This document shows positions 1 to 11,823 of a stretch of DNA of 64,000 bases, one piece after another (positions within the stretch are counted from its first letter, which is position 1; every line of letters starts with the position of its first letter). The stretch comes from Phoronis australis (lineage: Eukaryota; Animalia; Phoronida): contig NMRA01000071.1 in NCBI GenBank assembly GCA_002633005.1, positions 202,117 through 266,116 of the forward strand. Reading direction: 5' to 3'. The notes below the pieces were generated by a model. It saw nothing but the letters and a program-made list of their open reading frames with translations, searched no databases and was not told the DNA's origin. A program made the translations under genes and the position numbers.

Positions 1-310
1 CAAGGAGCCTTGTATGTCACATCCTACTGTATTACCTACCATGTATACCATGTCCTACGGCATTCCATGCCTTGTCCTACTGTATTACCTACCATGTATA
101 CCATGTCCTACGGCATTCCATGCCTTGTATGTCATGTCCTAGTGTATTGCATGCCTTGTATGTCATGTCCTAGTGTATTAAATGTCTTGTATGTCATGTC
201 CTAGGGTATTACACGCATTGCACGTCATTTCCTAGTGTATTACACGCCTTGTATGTCATGTCCTAGTGTATTACACGCCTTGTACGTCATGTAATAGCTT
301 ATTACATGCC
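1..310. repeat. 31-bp minisatellite (catgccttgtatgtcatgtcctagtgtatta), array A
   Basis: Visible 31-nt period with diverged copies. Confidence 0.9.
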
Positions 311-1265
311 AAGGTTCAGTATCCTACACCTCAATGTCTAATATCTGCCAACGCAATATTTAGCACATAACACCCCAAGGTCATTTACTGTACACCCCAA
401 ATCAACTACTCTACATCCTGAAGGTCTGATGCCTTAGACCTCATGGTCTACTTTTAGTTCTAATGTCTAGCACTTAGCGCCCATGGACTAGTGCTTGGAA
501 CCCAAGCTACGGTGGTTAGACAAAAAGATCTAGTACCTCACACCCAAAAATCTTGTATCATGTGTTACAAGGGACAGTGCCTGAACCTTCAAGGGTATTC
601 TGGGCTGACAACCCTTTAAGCACATAATCTATAACCTCCATGCTGTGAATATGTATTTTGCAAGAGAAAAAATATATCGTTTCCTAAATTTTCAAAAAGG
701 AAATGTCTTGCTGGTCAGATCTTGTCATCTCGACCATTTCCATCATACTCTATTGTTTTCTGGTTGGATTTTCCTGACCTGGTGCTTCAAAAGAATTGAG
801 TGATATTGTTTTCATTTTCAGGTGATGGTTTGAAGAGAAACAAATACTCAAAATCTATGATAATTACTTTTAAAAACCCGTAAAGTATTTCCCAGTTTTT
901 ATAGGCCAATGTGCCACCTAATGGACGGTACTGTTACAGGCCTACAACATGGCAACAAGTGGAAAAGTCTGTCTGCTTTCTTAAAGGAGACAGGCAGACT
1001 TGAAAACTTCCTTCACAAACAAGTTGTTGACCCACAACAGGGCTCTCATGTTTTAGCTCAGGTCGTTTGGTGCAAAGGCTCAACCATGAGGCCTGCGCGT
1101 GTCTGATGCACTGTAAACGACATCAGATCACCTGCACTCTTTTTTTGAAAACCCGTATGAAGTGATTCTTAGGCCCTACATGTAGAGAGAATACGAATAA
1201 ATTCGTAAAAGTAGGTAGCCCTGGGTATAGTACCTTGAACCTCATGGATTGATAGCATACACCCT

Positions 1266-1752
1266 GTTCACCACATGGACGTTCAAAGAGTGCATCAATC
1301 AGTACACTGTGCCCTGTAGGAGTACACCAGCCCAGTTACTCACCGTATGGTAGTTCAAAGCGTGCGTCAATCAGTACACTGTGCCCTGTAGGAGTGCACC
1401 AGCCCAGGTACTCACCATATGGTAGTTCAAAGCGTACATCGATCAGTACACTGTGCCCTGTAGGAGTGCACCAGCCCAGGTACTCACCATATGGTAGTTC
1501 AAAGCGTACCAGTACCGCTGCCGTATACTATGAACTGCTCCTAATCTACTACTCACCATATGGTAGTTCAAAGCGTGCATCAATCAGTACACTGTGCCCT
1601 GTAGGGGTGCACCAGCCCAGGTACTCACCATATGGTAGTTCAAAGCGTGCATCAATCAGTACACTGTGCCCTGTAGGAGTGCACCAGCCCAGGTACTCAC
1701 CATATGGTAGTTCAAAGCGTGCATCAATCAGTACACTGTGCCCTGTAGGGGT
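1266..1752 (-). repeat. 72-bp tandem repeat made of the last 52 nt of unc-13 exon 5 plus 20 nt of intron, about 7 copies, one interrupted
   Basis: Donor motif actcac (gtgagt on the minus strand) ends at 1700, 1628, 1556, 1487, 1415 and 1343; a degenerate copy ends at 1271. Confidence 0.95.
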
Positions 1753-1824
1753 CCTTGTTCCTGCAACATCTCCTTCTCTCATTATTAGCTCTGCATCCAG
1801 AACTAACCACTTTCCAGCACCTTC
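1701..1824 (-). CDS. unc-13: unc-13 coding exon 5, 124 nt (EGAGKWLVLDAELIMREGDVAGTRTPTGHSVLIDARFELPY); the gene continues left of the window
   Basis: tgttgacag|GAAGGTGCT...CCATATG|gtgagt; resembles Munc13 EGPGEWLTLDSQ.IM.DSEICGTKDPTFHRILLD..FELP. Confidence 0.94.
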
Positions 1825-2034
1825 CTGTCAACAAACACAACAGCTCTGTGACATACTGCCCACACATGGATGTATACTGTGATAGGCAGAACATTACATA
1901 CTGCAGTAAGCCACTACAACACAATTGATCCAAGATCAGCAGATATCAGTTCCTCACCAGGCAACTACTGTCATCAAAGGAGGCACAGATAGATCAAACA
2001 CAGCACAACCCATCACCAGGCAACTATTGCTCTA

Positions 2035-2368
2035 TGCCATGTCCTAAACTGTATTACATTGCTTGAATGTCATGTCCTAGTGTATCATATGCCTTGAATG
2101 TCATGTCCTAGTGTATCATATGCTTTGTATGTCATGTCCTAGTGTATCATATGCTTTGAATGTCATGTCCTAGTGTATCATATGCTTTGTATGTATGTCC
2201 TATTGTATCACGTCTCATAAGTCATGTATATAGTGTATCACATGCCTTGTATGTCATGTCATAGTGTATCACATGTCTCATATGTCATGTAATAGTGTAT
2301 TACATGCCCCCTATGTCATGACCAAGTGTTTCACATGCTTTGTATGTCATATCCTAGTGTATTATATG
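2035..2368. repeat. 31-bp minisatellite, same family as 1-310 (array B)
   Basis: Units of tgtcatgtcctagtgtatcatatgc(c/t)ttg(a/t)a, about 10 copies. Confidence 0.9.
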
Positions 2369-2764
2369 CCGCACAACCGCATCACCAAGCAACTATTGCT
2401 ATCAAAGGAGTCACAGATACAACAAACACAACACTACCACATCAGATATGTCTGATGCAAAAAACAAAAAACTTGAGATTTCATTGAATGCACGGTGTCG
2501 TATTTTATGGATAATTGCTGAACAGATTTCTGTAACATTTTATTAGAATAATGGTGAGAGTAACACTTAAATGAGAATATTGCAGAGTAACACTTAAATG
2601 AGAATATTGCAGAGTAACGCTTTAAATGTTATAATGAACGTAAAAAACAATCCATTGTGCTGGGAAAATTACCCTTGTCAGAACAGCTCAGACTGACCTC
2701 GGTATAATAGAAAAAATACAAAATCAAAGAATGAGACTGATCCAGTTACACTACACTTTAATTA

Positions 2765-2965
2765 GTGGTTACCCTAGGCACATAATGGTTACCCTAGGCA
2801 CATAATGGTTACCCTAGGCACATAATGGTTACCCTAGGCACATAATGGTTACCCTAGGCACATAGTGGTTACCCTAGGCACATAATGGTTACCCTAGGCA
2901 CATAATGGTTACCCTCTAGCACATAATGGTTACCCTCTAGCACATGCTGGTTACCCCCAGTACAT
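2765..2965. repeat. 20-bp minisatellite (gttaccctaggcacataatg), about 10 copies
   Basis: Near-perfect 20-nt period; begins about 75 nt into the intron after exon 4. Confidence 0.95.
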
Positions 2966-3038
2966 AGTTACAGGCGCATCTTATTGTCACTTACAACAGG
3001 TGGGTATGCTCAAAAGCACACCTTTCCTGGGTACTTAC

Positions 3039-3156
3039 CTGATTAGAGTGTGGTATCTTCATCAAAGGCAGCCAGTGAATTCCAAGTAGTTTGTCCCATA
3101 ACATGCCTTTATTCCACAACTCAATGGTTAATCCAGTGTCCAGCCTCATGGTCTCA
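3039..3156 (-). CDS. unc-13: unc-13 coding exon 4, 118 nt (ETMRLDTGLTIELWNKGMLWDKLLGIHWLPLMKIPHSNQ)
   Basis: tgtatttcag|TGAGACC...AATCAG|gtaagt. Resembles Munc13 [31 protein letters not shown]. The phase-2 start completes the Phe codon begun in exon 3. Confidence 0.96.
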
Positions 3157-4249
3157 CTGAAATACACATTACCATTCACTTCACAGTTCACCATGACATC
3201 TGGTGAGCAACTAACCAACCAATCATTAACATGTGGCCGCCACCAGTAACACTAAATAGTCAACAAAGTATTCATGTGTTCAGGCACCCCTAGGGGCACC
3301 ACAGTAGTTAGACCCATTTCATGATGATCCTCAGATAGACAGACAACAAATGATCAAACGGCCAATACCTGGCATCACATTTGAACCATACTGGAAAGTC
3401 GCTGCTGTATTCAAAACAGAAAGTGATACATAAAATTTCATGAATACCTGACGAGGCAAATGAAAAAATTAAAATTGCCACAAGAAGGTACAGCGCTGGT
3501 CAGGCTCATCAAAGCGTTCAGCCAATGTAACCTTCAAACTAAGGAAAACATTTATCACAATTTCACAAAGATCCTGCAAGGATTTAAAGAGATAAAGCCA
3601 TGGACCCAGAAAACAAATTGCGTTTAGGGAGTGACACAGCAGTCAAACAGGTCCGAAAATCAACATTAGTCGTGGTTTTCTCATAAAGAACATGCCTGCT
3701 AATTTTTATAATAAAGCTTTTAGCAGTTTGGCAAAAATCAAACCCCAAAATAACGAAGTGGCCACTAGGTCGTACAAGATATGTCAAATACATTCGAAAC
3801 AAAAAAATTTAGTTGTCTCTTCAATAGAATTGTTGGGCTAATATCATGACAATCAGTGGATGAATGCACTTCAAAATTAAAGTGGCAAATATGTAAAATT
3901 GCCTCTAGGATGCAAAGTGGTATTGGGATCAGCTGAACACTCACAAACCCCCTTCAAAGGGTCAAGGAGATTCAGCAATGAATGGAAAAAGGGAAAATGG
4001 CAACGACGGGCCAAACAGTAGTCTGACTTATGCAAAAATCGAAGACAGTACGAAGACACAACCCTTCGGAAATGCACTGGCCTTAAGTGCATGACATCGT
4101 CTTTCTTTTTTTGGTTTGAAAACTACATATTTGAGTTTCGTGGAAGTTATCATCAAAAATTTGGTGCCACGATAGACCTGTCTGGCCTCTTGTTTGCAAT
4201 CTCTACATGAAGTTATTGGAACAGAGGACGTTGAAAACAGACCAACTCG

Positions 4250-5030
4250 ATCAGACTGTGGCCATGGAAAAGGTATATGAAGTTGTAATCGGAACAAAAA
4301 GACCATATCAATAGTATGGATACCACCAGTAATGTCAGGTTTACTTATGAGGAGGAAGAGAATTCTCGTTGCCCTTTCCTGGACATTAAGATTGTGAGAA
4401 ATCCTGATGGTGGTTTTAAACTACAAATGTACTACAAGAAAACGCACACTGACCAATATCTCCATTTTAACTCATGTCACCTGTGACATCATAGACTGAG
4501 CATTGTTCGAACACTTTATGACAGGAACCGCACTCTGGCGTCCCTTGAGGAAAATCGTGCCACAGAAATGGAACTCATCACCTCAGTTGTCGGACTTTGG
4601 TAATCCAAAATGGGTGTTCAAAAAGGTCTTTTAAAGAATGGGATGATTTCTGGGGAGTATAGTTGTGATCACAAGAATATGGTGATGATCCCCTATGTGA
4701 AAGGCGGTTCGTAATCTCTACGGAGTACTTTCAGTGAATTTAATATTAGTACCACCTTAAAACCTATTTCTACTCTACGTAACTTATTGGTGCATCCGAA
4801 GGATTTGCGTGCTAGGGAAGATTGTAGTGTTGTTTATAACATTCCTTGAACTTCGTGCAAAAGTGTTTATATTAGAGAAATTAGAAGAAATTTTGGTTAT
4901 AGAATGGCTAAACATGACAAGGATGTTGATCACTTCACAGGGTCACAATGAGGATGGAAGCAGTCAACATCAGCTTCCAAAAACTAATTTTTTGAGTGAT
5001 AAGTTGTGTAGGGAGGCAGATGCCTGAAAA
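4250..5030 (+). mobile_element. Penelope-like retroelement remnant (RT C-terminus + GIY-YIG endonuclease), degenerate
   Basis: Fragments translate to EEEENSRCPFLDIKIVRNPDG..YKKTHTDQYLHFNS.H, MIPYVKG, KP.STLRNLLVHPKD and VVYNIP; contains stops and frameshifts. Confidence 0.85.
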
Positions 5031-5087
5031 TGAATTAAAAATAACAAAAAAATGGTCACAGACACTACATCTTGGTTGGCGAAAGAA

Positions 5088-6072
5088 AACCACTAAGAGT
5101 CACTAGTTCAGTGTACAGCCTAGAGTTCACTATACACAACTGATGACCACTAGATGTCACTAGTTCAGTGTACAGCCTGGAGTTCACTATAAGCAACTGA
5201 TAACAACTAGGTGTCACTAGTACAATGTACTGGAGTTCACTATACACAACTAATGACCACTAGGTGTCACTAGTACAATGTACTGGAATTCACTATACAC
5301 AACTGATGACCACTAGGTGTCACTAGTACAATGTACAGCCTGGAGTTCACTCTCGCTGGTTCCCTGCGTGCCGCTAGGTGGGGCGGTAGCCGCGCCAGCA
5401 CGCAGGTATCACTTAATTTTCCTCGGTAAATTTTTTTACACCGGCGATTCTGATTGGCTAGTCAAATTCTCAACAGGCAGCGCTTTACGCAAACAAACTG
5501 GTATGACTGATGGACTGAAGTGTAAATGGGGTCTGTTGTGCAGACAAATCGGGTGATTAAAATTTATGTTCAGGAAATGTGAAGCCTAGAAATTTTAATT
5601 GCGCCTTTTCGAGATGCATCTTTCTACTGTCGACGACTTTTGTTTACGATAGTGTCCTGTATTCATACAGGATGAATAACACACCGGTTAAATCGGCCAG
5701 ATATGTGTTTATTATACACGCATTTGCTTCAAGTACGCGGCCATTAAACATCACTGCAGAAACGTAATAGTTTCTGCGACGCCACTTGCATGACAAGGCT
5801 AAAAATCGTTCCCAGCCCGCCATTTTTCACGTTGTTGTGAAGCTAACCAATGACTGCCGAGGTTACATTGACCAATGCTAAAGCGTGTGCCACTGCGTGA
5901 TACCTGCGTGCTGGCTGGGCTAAGCACGCGGGGAACCAGCGAGGGAGTTCACTATACACAACTGATGACCACTAGGTGTCACTAGTACAATGTACAGTCC
6001 AGAGTTCACAACTGATGACCACTAGGTGTCACTAGTACAATGTACAGTCCAGAGTTCACAACTGATGACCAC
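5088..6072. repeat. About 57-bp minisatellite (gatgaccactaggtgtcactagtacaatgtacagcctggagttcactatacacaact) split by a MITE
   Basis: Units at 5088-5351 and 5944-6072. Confidence 0.9.
5352..5943. mobile_element. Non-autonomous TIR element (MITE, about 590 bp), superfamily uncertain
   Basis: Imperfect TIR of about 55 nt, ctcgctggttccctgcgtgc...ccagcacgcaggtatc / gatacctgcgtgctgg...gcacgcggggaaccagcgag; flanked by the direct repeat GGAGTTCACT. Confidence 0.85.
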
Positions 6073-6879
6073 ATGCTGCTACTCCCACCATCCAACTTTA
6101 TGTCAGTAAAGAATAACTCACGGTGTAATAATGTTATTATTAGTATAGACAGGTCTGTTCACAGTATGGGATCTGTGACATCTGTTCAAATGAAGAGTGG
6201 GAGGATCAGATTAATAGCTTGAAATTAATTCCAAATACGAAACAATAGCATGAACTGAAGACTAACTTTCCATCCTAATCTGGGTTAATATTTCTTCTTC
6301 ATAATCACAGTGAATAATTGGGTTCCACTGGAGTGACCGTTTTATTCACACAATTTATGTCAGTTTCCGAGAACCAATGCCATTTTAAGTACACCAGTCC
6401 AATCAATACACACATTATCTATGAATTATTTGCCCATGTCAGTATGACATTTCTGTCTATATTTAGACAAGTCATAGCACACATTACACAGAAACCAATA
6501 AGATGTCAGTCATAGGTAACCATCAGATACCTGCCCACTTTGATTACAGGTGGCTTCAGAACTTGTTGAATTTAACTTCGAAAGTGAATTGGAGGATGAA
6601 ACTTAACTCGAGTAGGTCAGAAATATTTTTATTGCTTAAATGTCGGTTATTGTTCCAATAAAAATTTAGACTGCTCATTCAACCAGTCGGTGACACTGCT
6701 TTGAGGGAAAGTCCTTACCTTTACTTTGAAGTGAAATTCACAGTTTTCTCCATGACAAAAGTTTCTCCTACTCCTCTGAGCTCGGTCGAGTGAGTGAAAG
6801 TATACAAAGGGATGAATGAGAACCACTTCACAGTACTCGAGTGTGAAGTGTAAACAAGAGAAAGATGCGTCATAGAACA

Positions 6880-7011
6880 TGAATTTTATGAATTCTAGCT
6901 TACGATTTCACCTGTTTCAGAGACCGGGTTTCAACCACTTTTGGGCTATAATAAGCGCCCCCCCTTCCTGAAGCGAATTTTTCTAGGGCGCTTATTAGGG
7001 AAAATACGGTA
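6880..7011. mobile_element. Right end of a Tc1/pogo-type non-autonomous element
   Basis: Ends ...gggcgcttattagggaaaatacgg|ta; subterminal sequence homologous to 52195-52319. Confidence 0.6.
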
Positions 7012-9089
7012 ACTGGTCTTTTTTTAAATAATATAGGTCAACTCCGTACATTTTAATAGAACTGGCACTTTTCTACTATGAGATTAGTCATCGTTCAGTA
7101 GGGATCTTGATCAGATTGTGAAGTTATTCGCGCGTATAGGTAAGTTTCACGCAGGGAGCACGTGATTTTGCTAGATATGCCGGGTCGACCCAGTTTTGAA
7201 TTGAGCAATAAATAACACCCGCTCTCTTTGCAACTGCACACACGGAGCACGTGACTTTGCCAGATTTATCCCTAGTCGACCCAGATTTGAACTGAACAAT
7301 TACCATCACACCTCCCTCTTGTTGCAATTGCACAGTTTGGGTCCGGCCGTGAAGCAAATGCGTCTCAGTCTCTCAATAAATTTTAAAACTTGCGACATTT
7401 AGCGAGCTATCGAGGTATGACGGGCGACTTATTTTGATTTAAAAACAGATCACAAAGTCGTTGTTTCCAGCACTGCCTGTGACTTTTCCTCGTTGAAAAG
7501 AATACTTGTCAAGCCTCAAACAACATGTATGCATATTTGACACAACAGATACGCTGGAGTTCATATTTGTACGTTTTTAACGGCTCAACTTAATTCAGTC
7601 TTATCCCGTCAGATTGGCTCACACCATGTCAGAAGTGTAAAAAGACTGGGTCGCATTTGCCGTCAAGAACGAACCGTCCGTGTTTTAATCGAGGACATGA
7701 AATGTAGTCACGTCTGAAACAGTTCTTGCTGATATAGTAAGTGGACTGCCTTCCTAGTCTCATAAAGCTCCACGGTATGACACTTTGCAGCATGCTAATA
7801 TATTTGAAAACATCTGAGTTTTTAGCAACGGTCTTTGAAGTCGAAATTCTATTTCTCTTTGAGCCATGAGAAACTTTGTGGTTGTCGGGTTCCGCTGTTT
7901 GACCAAACTTACAAGTTCCATGCTTGAATGAATACCCAACTCCCTTGCCCAGTTCGGCTAAAATTTGGACGTAAGCAGCCACTGCTTGGGTAATCGCCCA
8001 CTCATGACTTTTGTCAATTTTTGGTTTAAGCGCTCACTACTTCGGTAATCGCCCACCCCCGTCTCAAGGTTTCCCAGTTTAAGCACTCAGGGAGTTAACC
8101 CACAAGTTTACAGTACAAAGCTGGTTTAGTATTCTGCAACAGAAAATGAGAAATGACATTAGGAAACCCATCCGTTCAGCGGTATCTTGTAGTTGGGCAA
8201 TGCTTCTCTAGATCAATCAGGGAAAACTGTTGTCGCCTTTGGCCCTTAATATCACAATTTTTTATGTAAGGCCCTTTTCAAGCCTGTGTGAACTGTGTTA
8301 ATTGATCACAGTGATGAACCTTGGTCATCAGCTTACACTGGTCTTCCTCCGTTTAATTTTGGAGCACTTCTAGTCATTTTGGGAAAAAATTACCAAAACC
8401 ATCACCAGATTATTTTAACAATGTATAATACAATTATAGACTCGAAAATCATTTTGGACAAGCAAATTTGATGCATGATCTTCACTTGATGCTAGCGATT
8501 GGAATGTTAACAATCTTCCATGCTTTTCAAGCCATGTTTGCTCCATAACACCCAAACTGTATATACATGACCTCAAGTTTCCTATCAACTTTAGTCTGAT
8601 GTGGCAGACAAACGGGATCCTGATTTGTCATCAGTCAAACTGCGAGGACCGTTTCGTTGAAAACAGTTTCCAAAAAACAGACAAGTGTTCCAACAACTGA
8701 TAAGTCAAGAAAACACTTTTATTCTAATTCTGCATTCAGAATTACAATTTATTGCAGAATGGGGTCATATGGGAAGACTGTCAATCATGGGGTCATGTGG
8801 GAAGACTGTCAATCATGGGTTACCTTGCTTTAAACTCAAACTTCTCTTGACAAAATCTTATCCACAAGCAGCTCAAGGATGTTTCTCCAGGACTTTGCTC
8901 CAAGGTAACCTGTCATTATGTCAATATATAACCTACTGGCCAGCCTTTGGCATGCCTAACACAGTGTGTGGAAAGTAACTTTAATAATAAACATTCCAGT
9001 AACAAAAAATATCAGTTTGTCTCTTAAAAACATTTCTAGAAAATACCCTAATTGCTTTCTACGCATGTACAGATTTTCATAAAAATATT

Positions 9090-9300
9090 GATTTCTGACC
9101 AAGCCTGCTAGGGATTTGATTGTCACTTGCCAATACCATAGAGTTAGCCATGTGATTAGGTGTAGTCTTGTTGCTGGTCCTAGCAAGTTGGCCACTGTTT
9201 TTGCTTCTGAGGATGTTCTTCATTAAACGTCGAAACATGCCGAAGTCGATTTAAATCCATTGCTGTTTTTATCAACATATGCTGCTACTTGCCATCAGAG
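9090..9300 (+). mobile_element. 3' end of a Penelope-like element with a degenerate minimal hammerhead
   Basis: CTGAGGA (9207-9213), stem, GAAAC-ATG-CC, gaag; the upstream sequence resembles a decayed PLE ORF end. Confidence 0.5.
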
Positions 9301-9899
9301 AGGTTTTCTCTAACAGTTTGTACACTAACGTACAAACTATTTTTCCCTTGAGAGCTTCATGTTACCATAAATAGAGACAAAACTGGCCAAACAAACTATT
9401 AGAGATGAAAATCAAGTGTTCCAATTACTAGAGATAAAGATCCATGATTAACAATGACAATGCAACGACGCCCTCTGTCCTCCAAGACGGATGTTTAGCA
9501 ATGTGAATTATATTACCGCAAGTAACAAATTAATGTCCTGGATCATGGATTTACTTCCAAACTACTTGAGCATTTTGTCACTTTATGTTCTTATAGAGTT
9601 CGAAAATTTAAAAAAAAACGCCGGCTTCAATACCTTCGCTCAATTTGCACCTCAGTCAAACTGGCATTAGCAGATTACACCAATGACACTAGCGGTTCTT
9701 TAGAAATATATATATTTTGATAACTATACAAAAGCATGAATGTACTTCAGGCCAATAAGAATTTACTGAAAAGGAATGTTGTGTGCCCTGGCGCATATTT
9801 GAAATTTCTCAAAAGTTAAAGAGAGCGCTGACTTTATTTCAAAAAAATCAAAGGTAGGTAAGTATATGTATGCAGTAATAAGAAATTCAAAGACTACAA

Positions 9900-11429
9900 T
9901 AGTAAGAAATGTTATTATAATACGATGTCTTTCGACAACCCCTCTACCTAGGCTTGATTGTGTGGATACGGTTTCCAACTACCCTTTTTAGGCACCCAGA
10001 ATAATTTTGTTTCGACATTAGCCAGCTTCATGCAGAACAAAATTCTTCCCATTCGAGTCTAAAATATCTACCACATGGTAGACTGTCGACCCAGGGTGTA
10101 CAAATTGGTAGTGGGTGAGGTGTAACCAGCCAGCTAGGGGCACAGAACATCGAGCCTAGGGAACATTGAGCCAGAGAAATATGGAAACAGAACAACATGG
10201 TTGTGGGGAACATTGAGCCAGAGAAATATGGAAACAGAACATGGTTCTGGGGAACATTGGGCCAGAGAAATATGGAAACAGAACAACATGGTTGTGGGGG
10301 AACATTGAGCCAGAGAAATATGGAAACAGAACATGGTTCTGGGGAACATTGGGCCAGAGAAATATGGAAACAGAACATGGTTCTGGGGAACATTGGGCCA
10401 GAGAAATATGGAAACAGAACATGGTTCTGGGGAACATTGGGCCAGAGAAATATGGAAACAGAACAACATGGTTCTGGGGAACATTGGGCCAGAGAAATAT
10501 GGAAACACAACAACATGGTTCTATGGAACATTGGGCCAGATGAATATTGTAAAGCACCAGGTCTTTTACAACTGAAGGAGGTCCAAGTTCATTGTCAAAT
10601 AAACTCCCGGGCCTGCTAAAAAGTACAGAGTCAAGCCAGTATACTCTTTTAGTTAGGACTGTCGCTGTTCCCTTTTGATGTGCCACTTTAGATTTGTGTG
10701 TGCACGCAAGTTCCCACACTCTGGAGTGCATGTTACATTCGCAGTAAACTATATATGAGTGACAGATACTCATACATACACACGTGCTCAACTGTGGAAA
10801 GATGGTCGTGAGAATTTGTCTGTTGTCTTTTGCTATAAAAAACAAGAAGCATCATGACACAGGCCATTATAATATTTGACGGCATTTCTAAGTCATCATC
10901 GTTTGACGGGACATTGCTCGCAAACAGCGGGGCCAACCAGTGCCGCAGCGCGATATTGTCAGCAATATTATAATAGGATAATCAGGACATCTTGCATGAA
11001 AAATAAGTGTTTTTTCACCGAAACATAAATTGATTGTTTGAGAATGAATAGATACATTGCTGTTTTATAATGTATTTATGACGTGGTCCAAAATTTTCCT
11101 CAGCGTATCTGAAAATTTGGAAAAGTAGCCAAAAACATTTAGCCAATGAAATACGTCAAAGTAAGGTTTTGAATTATCTCATGTTCACCTGACATGTTTA
11201 CAAGTCCATGAGAGGGTTGTTACTGGTATGTACATGTGTTCACCTTGATTTGGCAACAACCAAATAATGGCCGGATTCACACGTGTTGCATTATATTTGC
11301 CAGGTAGCTACTTGCTGCCAAAAACTGGGCTCTCTTGTTACGGCTTGATACAAGATGAACAAAGTCTTGGCGCCCATTTTCAAATTACAGGTGGCCAATG
11401 TGACTTTCAGCTCGTTATGTCCAGTGCTG
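9900..11429 (+). mobile_element. Truncated, diverged relative of the 12681-14869 element containing an expanded minisatellite
   Basis: Collinear homology with 13570-14869 (ttaggactgtcgctgttc, gtgccgcagcgcgatat, tttggcaacaaccaaataa, cagctcgttatgtc). Confidence 0.75.
10157..10540. repeat. 44-47-bp minisatellite (ggggaacattgggccagagaaatatggaaacagaacatggttct), about 8 copies
   Basis: Period visible directly; explains the six overlapping ORFs here. Confidence 0.95.
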
Positions 11430-11823
11430 AGTCAAGGTTGTAACAACACCGTTGAGGATGTGTTTCTAGTTAGAGCCTGTCACTAATTTAGTCCTATAGC
11501 AAACCATGGGAGCCGATTACCCAAACAATTGGCGCTATCTCTACGAATTATTTTTACCAACGCAAATACGTTAACAAACTAATTTTCCCTCAGACTCCTG
11601 CTGTACAGGTTCACTAGTCTCGTCCTCAATCAAAGTCATTAGTATTCTTTTAAATAATATATTAAGCAAATACTTGGTCTTGACTTTGCAGTAACTTTTA
11701 ATTCACGGAAAGCAACTGACGCCGGGTGGTCGAAATAAGACAGCCCCAGTAAACCGTTGACAATTCATTGAGTCACGGAGTCTCAAACATAAACATCTTA
11801 AACACAATGAAACATTTGAATTA

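Noticed and set aside
310-1260. unc-13 exon 6 (DIPEEEA-like)
   Set aside because: No matching minus-strand frame found; it probably lies left of the window
1266-1752. CRISPR-like array
   Set aside because: Units are contiguous with no unique spacers (one interruption only), derive from an exon, and there are no cas genes in this eukaryotic context
1394-1882. 162-aa plus-strand ORF
   Set aside because: Antisense reading of exon 5 and its 72-bp repeat
10028-10845. Six overlapping ORFs of 80-229 aa
   Set aside because: Caused by a stop-poor 44-47-bp minisatellite; no domain signature
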